The translations under genes and the position numbers were made by a program. From NCBI RefSeq assembly GCF_963921235.1, contig NC_086126.1, positions 18,476,001 to 18,540,000 on the forward strand: DNA of 64,000 nt, read 5' to 3'. Shown here piece by piece: positions 12,765-23,200 of this stretch. The stretch's first letter is position 1; each line of letters opens with the position of its first letter. This DNA comes from Mobula hypostoma. Taxonomy: Eukaryota. Below the pieces are notes generated by a model, which was not told where the DNA came from, did not search any database, and worked only from the letters and a program-made list of their open reading frames with translations.

Positions 12765-13265
12765 CACAATGAGGCCACACTCAGGTAGGAGGAACAACAC
12801 CTTGTATTCTGTCTGGGCAGCCTCCAATCTGATGGCATTAACATCGATTTCTTGATCTTCCAGTCATGCCTCCCCTGGCTCTTCATTCCCAATCCCCCTT
12901 TCCCTCTCGTTGCCTGCCCATCGCCTCCCTCTGGTGTTCCTCCCCCCTTTTCTTTCATCCATGGCTTTCTGTTCTCTCCTCTCAGACTCCCCCTTCTCCA
13001 GCCCTGTATCTCTTTCACCGATCAACTTCCCAGCTCTTTACTTCATCCCTTCCTCTCCCTGTTCCACCTGTCACTTTGTGTTTCTCTCTCCCCTCCCCAC
13101 CTTTAAAATTTACTCCTCATTGTTTTTTCTCCAGTCCTGCTGAAGAATCTCGGCCCAAAACGTCAGCTGTACTTTTATCCACAGATGCTGCCTGGCCTGC
13201 AGAGTTTCTCCAGCATGTTGTGTGTGTTCCTTGGGTTTCCAGCTTCTGCAGATTTTCTCCTGTTT
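12765..13265 (+). mobile_element. Penelope-like element 3' fragment (GIY-YIG C-terminus plus terminal repeat with degenerate hammerhead)
   Basis: EEQHLVFCLGSLQSDGINIDF at about 12790-12850, then a pyrimidine-rich UTR, CAGTCCTGCTGAAGAATCTCGGCCCAAAACGTCAGCTG at 13132-13169, and the GATGCTGCCTGGCCTGC...CCAGC terminus. Confidence 0.78.
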
Positions 13266-13339
13266 ATTACCCAATGTCAACAGGCATTTTGTGTGACAAC
13301 TGTCAAAGTCCCACTCACTTTGAAATGCAGATATGAAAC

Positions 13340-13535
13340 TCGAGGTTCAGCAGATGCTGGGAATAAACTGTAAAGTGACACACACAAAGTACTGTGGGAA
13401 CTCAGCAGGTCAGGCAGCATCTAAGCAGACAAATACACAGTCTAGATAGGATGAAGTGTCTTGGCCCATAATATCAACTATTTATTCCTCTCCATAGATG
13501 CTGCCGGGGCCACTGACTCCCTCCAGCATTTTGCA
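13340..13535. mobile_element. Decayed inverted Penelope-like terminal fragment
   Basis: Inverted arms (CAGGTCAGGCAGCATCT ... AGATGCTGCC) around a degenerate GATGAAGTGTCTTGGCCC core. Confidence 0.6.
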
Positions 13536-14315
13536 AACAAACAACTTTTTTCAGTCAATCAGTTTCCAAATGTCCCTAAACTTTCATTTGCAGCCTCATC
13601 CTCCTGGTCTGATTCCCTCCTCCTACTCCACGTAAACTCGAGCCTCCATCACAACTGGAGCCCCAAAGCCCTCATTTATGCTGACCCCTCTTGTTTCTGC
13701 TCCACCATTCTGCTGTCGTACTTTAGAGGAGAGTGTTGTATTGCAACAGCCTGGCAGTGTGAGGCACAACCCTTCGAAATCGGTGAAAATGACATAAAAC
13801 AATGAATTGAGCAGGAGAGGAAGATTTTAACCACACAAGACTTGGTCCACAGCCGTGACGGATGAGAAATATTTGGGACAAAACCCCAGTAAATTCATCT
13901 TCTGCAGTTTACAGAAAGTCATGAGGTGAATTCAAGGTAAACCTCTTCATCCCCAGACAGGTGACCAGTTACATCCTGAACATTATAGGGTGAGTGAGTG
14001 GTGAACAGCAGGGATGGGTTTGAAAGCTCTGGTGTGGAATAGGAACACAAGCAGGTACCAGCTGGACTGAGTGGCCTCTAGACTGTTCATTAGCCGTGTG
14101 ACAGGGAGGAAGCACCTGAGACACAGGATTTGAAATGGAATTGATTTATTTGTCTATGGCAGATCCACAATATTGAACACCAGTGTATTTTAAGATGGTG
14201 GGATGAACCCCCTCAATGCTCAGTGACCAGGGTTCAGTCCTGGATCTGATGAGCAGCCACAATATCTGTGGAATCTGACATTAACAGTCCCATATAGAGC
14301 TTATTTTAACTTCCT

Positions 14316-14700
14316 CCCTGATGTGAAGTTGCTGGTGTTTCAGCAGGTAGGATGACTTGAGTAAATTTATTTGCTGACTCAGGACAGAAGTGTGTCCTCT
14401 ATGAATTGTAAACTCACTGGAGCCTCACACGGTGGGTGAACTGAATGAATCTCCTCCCACACTTGGAACAGGTGTGAAGCTATACTGAGAGACAGAGACA
14501 ACAGAGCCAAGTCTAGCTGCTCATCGGTGTGAACTGGCTGGTGTTGTAAGAGCTCATGTGACTGAATTAATCCCGTCCCACACACGGAGCAGGTGAATGG
14601 CCTCTCCCCATGTGAACTTGCTGGTGTATCTGCAGGTGCAGTGCCCTGATCTAATGAATCCCTTCGAAAATGAGTGGTAGTGAACGTCAACTCACTGGTA
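14316..14700 (-). pseudogene. C2H2 zinc-finger gene relic
   Basis: HGERPFTCSVCGTGLIQSHELLQHQPVHTDE at 14520-14610, plus two broken fingers in other frames (TCSKCGRRFIQ...; SYLLKHQQLH). Confidence 0.75.
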
Positions 14701-15568
14701 TCAACTCTATGGCCATTTATCAGGTCAGTCCACGGAGAAGTCCACATATTGGGACTCTGGTGTGCTGTCTTCTCAACCATCTCCCCCTTCATATTCAGTG
14801 ATTGGTCGCATTCAAATGCTGGGAACTGACAGACACAGCAGAAATGACACACTGTTGCATTTGAGATTCTCAGACAGAAATTCTTTGCCTTTTCTGCCCT
14901 GTAAAATGTTTGCAAAGAAGATCAACAGGTGAAAGAGAATATATCTCAGTGAGATTATTTTAGTTTTCATGTTGATGTCTGATGTCACACTGTTACAGTG
15001 AGGCTGAACACTGTCCGGAGGATCAACACTTCTAACTGGGCATAGTTCAGGCATAAGGACACAACATCAAATTCTCTGTTTTCCTCTCTGCCCATCAAGC
15101 TGTGACTTGTATCTCTCTCCATAACTATAGCTTCACATTCTGGGTATCTCCCACAGACCTACTCAGCACACAATACAAACAGAGCTGCTTTGTGAGAGTT
15201 TCTGTTGATTGTGACCCTGCTGACATTCGACGGCGGTAAACTCAGAGTCAGCAATGCCATTGAACCTCAGGAGAATGTGATCAGGCTTTCTGGGTGCAGA
15301 TTGACACTGCAGTATTCTTGTGGTGTGGAGGCTATTAAAAATAAAATGGCATGAGGCATTTTCTGTTTCAGGAAAACCATAACAACTCATTAATTGTCCT
15401 CCAAATACAGAAACGTAAAACACAGTTTAAAAAACAACCATGTACTTCCATCGTAACATCAGTCCAGCTTCTTAAAGAGAAACACAACTCAATGTCAGTG
15501 GTCGTTAATTATGCACTTTTCCACCCGTTACATTACTCTGCACTGACACCCTCCCCCCCACTGAATCC

Positions 15569-16305
15569 ACTCCATAGCCAAGAAAGCCCAGCAGCGTCTC
15601 TGCTTTCTGCAACGGCTGAGAAAAGCCCATCTGCCACCCCCCATCCTCACCACATTCCACAGAGGAGGTATCGAGAGCATCCTGAGCAGCTGCATCACTT
15701 CCTGATTCGGGAATTGTACCGTCTCGGATCGCAAGACCCTGCAGCGGATAGTGAGATCAGCTGAGAAGATCATCGGGGTCTCTCTTCCCATCATTACAGA
15801 CATTTACACCACACACTGCACCCGTAAAGCCAAAAGCATTGTGAAGGACCCCACGCACCTCTCATACAAACTCTTCTCTCTCCTGCCATCTGGCAAAAGG
15901 TACCAATGCATTCGGGCTCTCACTGGGCAACAGTTTCTTCCCCCAAGCCATCAGGCTCCTTAATACACAGAGTCTAGACTGACATCTACATCATTTATTA
16001 TTATATTGTAATTTGTCCTCTACTGTGCCTGTTGTCTTGTTTATTATTTATTGTACTGTCCAGCACTGTTTTGTGCTCTTTATGTAGTTCTGTGTAGGTC
16101 TGTAGTCAAGTGTTGTTTTTGTGTTGTTTTACATAGTCTAGTGTAGCCTTGTGTTCTCTCACTTAGTCTTGTCTAGTTTTGTGTTGTTTCATGTAGCACC
16201 ATGGTCCTGGAGGAATACTGTTTTGTTTTTACTGTGTACTGTACCAGCAGTGTATGGTCGAAATGACAATAAAAAGCAACTTGATTTGACTTGACTTGAC
16301 TTGAC
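15569..16305 (+). mobile_element. Rex1/Babar-like LINE 3' fragment, present in copy A only
   Basis: AKKAQQRL...[12 protein letters not shown]...LLPSGKRY, AATAAA, and a (TTGAC)n tail. Absent at the equivalent site near 46386. Confidence 0.85.
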
Positions 16306-16794
16306 TCTGTGATCTTTATAGCAGTTTATTTCCTTTCAATGGCACTTGCAGGATGATACGGACAAACATGTCAAGATCCTTCAGTGTATCAGACAGAAGT
16401 GGATATAGATCAGTTGGAATTCTGTCTGTTTGAAAACTTTCCTCACCATCCACAACTACACCAAAATTCGTGTCATCAGCGATCTCATCAGCCCATGTGT
16501 GTTTTAATCTGATCAGACAGAGGTCCCATCACTGATCACTGTGGACACACTGGTTACATATCTACAGTCAAAATCATTCTCAATTCCATCAGCTCGAATG
16601 TCGCTCCACGATACACACCATTCAAACCCTCCCATGCAGAGACTCGAGGAAAGTGACACATTTATCACAAGACCAGAGTTGGGTTGAATGGTCTGGACTT
16701 GTTACTCTGGATGCTGTGCTCCAAAGTCCATCCAGATTAGTACAATGTAACCAGATACATCATCCCTGATATACCGATGTACAGCATTGTGTCA

Positions 16795-17240
16795 CAAACA
16801 AGAGAAAATCTGCAGATGCTGGAAATCCAAGCCACACACACAAATACTGAACAAACTCAGCAGGTCAGGCAGCATCTATAGAAAAAAAAACAGCCAATGT
16901 TTTGGGCCAAAACCCTTCGGCAGGACTTAAGGAGAAAATGTAAGGAGTAGATTTAAAAGTTGGGGTAGGGGTAAGGAAAATAAGGTGAGTGAAACCTGTA
17001 AGGGGACGATGAAGTAAAGAGCTGGGAAGTTGATTAGTGAAAGAGACAGGAGGCCATGGAAGAAAGAAAAGCGGGGAGGAACACCAGAGGGAGATGGTGG
17101 GTGGGAAAGATGATGGGAAATGGTGAAGGGGAGGGGTGCAGTGGGAGGCATTACCAGAATGTGGGAGTTCGATGTTCATGCCATCAGGTTGGAAGCTACC
17201 CATAAGTTGTTGTCCCTCCAACAAATGTGTGGCCACATCG
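16795..17240 (-). mobile_element. Penelope-like element 3' fragment (duplicate at about 46985-47420)
   Basis: GSFQPDGMNIE remnant; terminal repeat with degenerate hammerhead core (CCTGCCGAAGGGTTTTGGCCCAAAAC). Confidence 0.75.
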
Positions 17241-17358
17241 CATTGTATGATATTGTTTAAAAAGCTAAAAAGAATTCAATTGTGAGGGTGAATCTGAAAG
17301 AACTTATATACACTTACACTGCATGAGAGACTGGGGGAGACACAGTGCCAAGTATCAA

Positions 17359-18108
17359 CTCCCACACTGTACGGGAGACTGACAGGTACAGAATGAACCC
17401 CACACTCTCACACTGTACCAGAGACTGACAGGTACAGAATGAACCCCACACTCTCACACTGTACCGGAGACTGACAGGTACAGAATGAACCCCACACTCT
17501 CACACTGTACCGGAGACTGACAGGTACAGGATGAACCCCACACTCTCACACTGTACCGGAGACTGACAGGTACAGAATGAACCCCACACTCTCACACTGT
17601 ACCAGAGACTGACAGGTACAGAATGAACCCCACACTCTCACACTGTACCGGAGACTGACAGGTACAGAATGAACCCCACACTCTCGCACTGTACCAGAGA
17701 CTGACGGGTACAGAATGAACCCCACACTCTCGCACTGTACCAGAGACTGAAGGGTACAGAATGAACCCCACAATCCCACACTGTACCGGAGACTGACAGG
17801 TACAGAATGAACCCCACACTCTGACACTGTACCAGAGACTGACAGGTACAGAATGAACCCCACACTTCCACACCATACCGGAAACTGACAGGTACAGAAT
17901 GAACCCCACACTCCCACACTGTACCGGAGACTGACAGGTACAGAATGAACCCCACACTCCCACACTGTACCGGAAACTGACAGGTACAGAATGAACCCCA
18001 CACTCTCACACTGTACCGGAAACTGACAGGTACAGAATGAACCCCACACTTTCACACTGTACCGGAGACTGACAGGTACAGAACGAAACCCACACGCTCA
18101 CGCTGTAC
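17359..18108 (+). repeat. 46-bp minisatellite, about 16 copies
   Basis: Unit CACACTGTACCGGAGACTGACAGGTACAGAATGAACCCCACACTCT with point variants. Confidence 0.96.
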
Positions 18109-18584
18109 AAGTACAGTCATTTACGTACTTTAACAAACCCGAACAACACTCCTCTCCACCTCAAGAGAGCACCACTTTGATCAATTTACACTGCAATGGA
18201 CTGCCTTGATATTCACATTCTCTTCTCTTTTTACAATTCTGTTCAAGTTTAGTTCTTGTGAGCGCTGTATCGTGGATACCATGTGTTTATGATGCTGCTG
18301 CAGTAAATTTATCTTTTACCTGGTCCATTTGACCTTCGGTCTCCTGCTGTCCTGTTTCATTACATCAACGTCTGATATTATCAACTGTGTGTTTTTCTCA
18401 TTCCATCTGCTTTTCTAGCAGATACGATGGGCCAAATGGCCGAATACTGCCGCTGTAGTTGGTCCATTTTGTACTTCAGATTTCCTTCCTGCCGAATTAC
18501 CCGGCAGCGGCAACTCACCAGATCAGCGACAGTTCCCAGTCCACGGTGTTACCCAGACCGAACACGGATTCGTGGAGACGGAGT

Positions 18585-18720
18585 TCTGATTGGTTAAACA
18601 AATTTCTTCAGCTATCCAATCAAATGATTTTACTGCGTGAATCTTTGCTTCAAATAGCCATTGAGAATCCTCGGCATCCCATCCCTCATTTGCAAACACC
18701 TCTGGGCGCTGCCTATTTAA
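18585..18720 (+). promoter_or_regulatory. H2B promoter: CCAAT boxes, octamer-like element, TATA
   Basis: GATTGG about 18588, CCAAT about 18616, ATTTGCAA 18688-18695 (7/8 match to the octamer ATTTGCAT), TATTTAA 18714-18720. Confidence 0.75.
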
Positions 18721-18773
18721 TTCGTGCTCCGGGAGGGATTTGCTTATTTCTGGTTCTGAAGCGGTCAGCTGAA

Positions 18774-19148
18774 ATGCCTGAGACAGCGAAACCCGCTCCG
18801 AAGAAGGGCGCCAAGAAAGCTCTGCCCAAACCAGCGGGCAAGGCAGGGAAGAAGCGCAAGAGGCTGAGGAAGGAGAGTTACTCCATCTACATCTACAAAG
18901 TGATGAAGCAGGTTCACCCCGACACCGGCATCTCCTCCAAGGCCATGTGCATCATGAACTCATTTGTCAGCGATATCTTCGAGCGCATCGGGGGCGAGGC
19001 TTCCCGCCTGGCCCATTACAACAAGCGGTCAACCATCACCTCACGGGAGATCCAGACCGCCGTGCGCCTGCTGCTGCCCGGGGAGCTGGCCAAGCACGCC
19101 GTGTCCGAAGGGACAAAGGCGGTGACCAAGTACACCAGCTCCAAGTAA
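18774..19148 (+). CDS. H2B: Histone H2B (copy A, 124 aa)
   Basis: [15 protein letters not shown]...[26 protein letters not shown]...KYTSSK; intronless with a downstream stem-loop. Confidence 0.97.
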   Translation: MPETAKPAPKKGAKKALPKPAGKAGKKRKRLRKESYSIYIYKVMKQVHPDTGISSKAMCIMNSFVSDIFERIGGEASRLAHYNKRSTITSREIQTAVRLLLPGELAKHAVSEGTKAVTKYTSSK

Positions 19149-19179
19149 AGCTCCCCAGGGCGATGATCGAAAACACAAC

Positions 19180-19220
19180 GGCTCTTTTAAGAGCCACTCA
19201 CGATTTCACTGAGAGAGCTG
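19180..19220 (+). terminator. Histone 3' stem-loop plus HDE (H2B-A)
   Basis: GGCTCTTTTAAGAGCC 19180-19195, ACTCA, GAGAGAGCTG 19211-19220. Confidence 0.95.
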
Positions 19221-19894
19221 TACCAGCATTTAGGCAATACATGGCGCATATTTTATGTGTGGTGATTTAAGAGCGAAAGAGCGGTTGGAATATCTGGTTC
19301 ATCTTCCCCGTATAATTCCGGTGTTTATCATTCCTAAAACGGAATTGTTACCTCCCCATCCCCATCAGTCCGTCCCTGCCGGTATACATGTCGAGCGGAG
19401 GACTGCTGCCATTACTGTTTTAGCTGTGGGTTCAGGAGTTTATTGGTTACAGTTAGGTAACTTCTCTGAATCTCATTTCAATGCGAGGCCGGAACGACGA
19501 CACGGTTCTTTCATAGAACAACTTTTCTTTTTAAATTGCAGACTAGACGCTGGGGACAGTTTGAGAAGAGCCGTTTGTCCATAACCTGATAACGTTTACA
19601 CAATCACCGGCACCGGGCAGAAGCTGAGTGTCAGATTTACTCGGTTCCTTTACGAATTTAAAGATGCAGTATTAGAGAATTGAGTTCCCAGACACTCCAA
19701 TATCAACTACATTTGCATTAAATGTGTCCGATTTCAGTAACGGGGAAATGCGAAGACCCAGTCGTCAAACAGATCAGCAGTGATTTAATTTCAGATTAAA
19801 TTTGAACAATAGTTTTTTTTTGGCGGGCTTTTTCCATTTTCCAGTGCACTTTGGGGAGGAGACGGTTACTTTCCGCGCTTCTACCTTTACGGGC

Positions 19895-20009
19895 TCTTGA
19901 TTGGTGATTAAGACAGTTCGTCGATTGGGCCATTTCTTTTCACCAATGAAAACAAGCAGCATTAAACTAATCACAAGCATTAGTTTGCATTTTCAAAGAA
20001 GGTATAAAA
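19895..20009 (+). promoter_or_regulatory. H2A promoter (CCAAT boxes, octamer-like element, TATA)
   Basis: Two GATTGG, CCAAT, GTTTGCAT 19983-19990, TATAAAA 20003-20009. Confidence 0.75.
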
Positions 20010-20065
20010 ATGCGAGTTGGGGCGGGGTGAACATTCCCTCATTCTCGTTGGAGCAGTTACTGTGA

Positions 20066-20455
<390 letters not shown>

Positions 20456-20485
20456 AGCGACGTAAGCTGAACCTATTTACCCAAA

Positions 20486-20526
20486 GGCTCTTTTCAGAGC
20501 CACTCACGGTGTCTGTGGAAGGGCTG
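20486..20526 (+). terminator. Histone 3' stem-loop plus HDE (H2A-A)
   Basis: GGCTCTTTTCAGAGCC 20486-20501, ACTCA, GAAGGGCTG. Confidence 0.95.
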
Positions 20527-21074
20527 AGCAGCGGGTGATTTCCGTTCAGAGTAACTGGGTTGTGTATCTGTCACGGCCCCGACCGGAGCCACCCCTGGTA
20601 ACGTTTTCTCTCCTTCCGTCGTGTTTATTCCGCGAATTAAACCGGTATAAGTCTGCACAGTACGCGGTCCGCTTCACCCTGACTCATTTCCCCTCTCTGC
20701 TGGCTGAATGGAGCTCTCTCCCCTGCGGGATGGGGAAATGAACTTTCAGAGTCAGCCCGCGGAGGGTGAATTTAATCTCCGATCATTGAACGATTCCACT
20801 CTTCATGACCTGAAACCATGTTGTCTGGGTTTCATATTGCGGGTTGACCCTGGACCGTTCCGGTGCGCAGCAGACGGGAACACTGCCTGCTGATCGCTTC
20901 ATGAGCAATTCCCACCGCCTCACAGAACAATATTTGCAGCTTTACATTTATCTACAAAAGTACATTTACCCTGTGGAACTGACAGTATTTACTGAAAATC
21001 TCGTCCACCTGGGTCTCTGAAATATAAATCAACATTTGCAAAGAAGGGGTCAGTTTGGTCAGATCTCCCGAGAC

Positions 21075-21380
21075 ACGGCTCCCTCTGTGAGGCGGTGGGT
21101 CGCTCTGAGAACAGACTTTTGTTTGTGCCAGGGAGAAAAGGGAGGGGGTGGGTGGATCGACAAGGAGGTTCAGTGCTGTCCTGTCTCCAGTAGGAACTTC
21201 TAAACACTGATGGATAAAACCGGACACAGAATAAATTCTGCTCCACTAACCCTTTTGCAGTGCGGCGGTCCCAGTCAACTTGATGGGGCAATCCCCAGGG
21301 ATGTCTTCTCTAAGTACCACTGAGATGTTCTCTCTGGTCAAACACATCTCTTCGTCTCTCTTCCCTCCACTCCATCGTAC
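21075..21380 (-). pseudogene. Relic H4-type 3' end, possibly with a heavily decayed H4 CDS (duplicate at about 50460-50765)
   Basis: 21075-21125 closely matches the H4 3' region at 63471-63520. Upstream minus-strand translation shows only weak echoes such as VLREDIPG versus VLRDNIQG. Confidence 0.45.
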
Positions 21381-22739
21381 CTGTAGCATTTGTACTGTGA
21401 AACTGAGTTGCCGGTCCGGCCCCTCCGACAGTCATTTTTCTGTTGGGGATAACCACACACTGCTCCAGTCCATCCAGTTGAAAATGGGTCCGAGCAAATG
21501 CTGGGGGTTAACCTGGCGATAGACTGGCGTCCTATGGAGTGGGGGGGGGGGGGAGTCTCGTACTCTCAGTCGCTTCACGCCACAGAAACCAGCATAAGCA
21601 CCGGCCTGATGGGCCACAAGGCTCGGGACAGACTTTAACTTTTAAATATAATATCCCAGTCTCATGCAGGCATCCATCCATGCCCAGAGGCCATCTGCTG
21701 TTCAGAGAACAGTACAGGAGTGGCCCTTTGGCCCATCTCTACATATTCCTGTGTCTGTCTAAGATTTCCTTAAATACTCCTGTGCTCTCCGCCTCTGCCA
21801 CCACCCCTGACAGTGCATTCCATGTCTCCATCAATCTGTTGTCTTCACTTTCTTCCTCTGAGCTTAAATACATCCTTTCTGTGAAAAATACTACTGGCTG
21901 TCTACACCAACTATGACCCACAAAATCCCTCAGGTTTCTGTCAAATCTCTCCTGAGCCGACGCCACTTCAGAAGAAAAAGTTTCAGCATGTCGAGCCTCT
22001 CCTCAGCGCACACCTCCTCCAGACATCCTGCTCCAAACCCTCCACATGCTTCCGATAATGAGGTGATCAGAACTGAACACTGTACTCTCAATGTGGCCTC
22101 ACCAGCATTTTATAAACCTGTAACATCATGTCCTGGAGCTTGAACTCAATGCCTTGCCTGATGAAGGTAAACATGCCATACACCGACTTTACCTCCCTGT
22201 CAACCTGTGCTCCCAGTTTTAGGGAACCGATGTCTCTGAACCTCAACATCCTTCTCTTTGTCAATACTGTTAATGTTTCTACCATTAACTGTACACACCC
22301 TTGATGATGGATCTCCCAAAGTGCAGCCCTCCTAGGTATCCTTTTCACCACAACGAATGTATGGAATGCAATGGGATTATCTTCAATCTTACTTGCCGGA
22401 GATTTTTCATCACTGTTTCCAGCTCTCCGAATGTTCTTGAGTTCCCCTGTTTTTTAAATATAGTCCTCAAACACCCTGTTTGATTCTAGCTTCCTAAGCC
22501 TTACTTATGCTTCTTCCTCCTCCTTGATTAAATTAACTTCTTGTCTCATCATCCAAGGTTCCTGAACCTTGCCATCCTTGACCCTCCCTCTCACTGGAAC
22601 AAACTGGGCCTGAAACACTGGACTGGTCTTTAAACAAACTCCAGGTCAGATGTGGATTTGCCTCAAAATCCATCATTACATATTGCTGTGCCTGGCATCT
22701 AACTCAGCTTCAATCTCTCCATTCAGTGACTGGTGTTCT

Positions 22740-23060
22740 GTTTCACATCCCCCTGCCAATCTCATTGCAACCCTCACAGGGAGCAGCAATGAACCTCATG
22801 ATACTGACCCCCCTCCAGTGAAGGTGCAAACTATCCATCTTGTACAGGTCACCCCAGCACCAGAAGAGGTTCCAATGTTCCGTAATCCTGAAACCCTGTC
22901 GCTGTATCAGCTCCTCAGCCACACATTCATCTGCTCTCACTTTCTGTTTGTATCCCTACCACCACAGGGCACTGGAAGTAAACTGGAGATTACAACCTTT
23001 CAGGTTCTACTCTATAACTTCTTCCCTAACTCTCTATATTCACTGTGGGACATCAACCCT
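22740..23060 (-). mobile_element. CR1 ORF1 (SGNH esterase-like) remnant
   Basis: QGFRITEHWNLFWCWGDLYKMDSLHLHWRG resembles the DxLHL esterase motif of CR1 ORF1. Confidence 0.6.
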
Positions 23061-23200
23061 TTTCTACCTGTCCATTTGTATCGACGTGAACCACCATCTC
23101 TGGCTGAATGAACACCACCCCCCGTTCTGTATCTGATCCGAGATGTCCCTGACTCTCAGAGGATTTACAAAAACTTTTTAAACCAACAGAAGGCAACAAA

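Noticed and set aside
13132-13169. Additional active hammerhead ribozymes (also about 13450, 16890-16930, 43965, 47085-47120)
   Set aside because: Core nucleotides are mutated (CUGCUGA or CUGCCGA; GAAA changed to AAAA) or half of the motif is missing.
17546-18055. Three overlapping Cys/Val/Ser-rich ORFs
   Set aside because: Artefact of a stop-poor 46-bp minisatellite read in all frames.
18459-18773. 105-aa N-terminal extension of H2B (229-aa ORF)
   Set aside because: Non-ATG start, runs through the CCAAT/octamer/TATA promoter, and is not open in copy B; the real start is ATG 18774.
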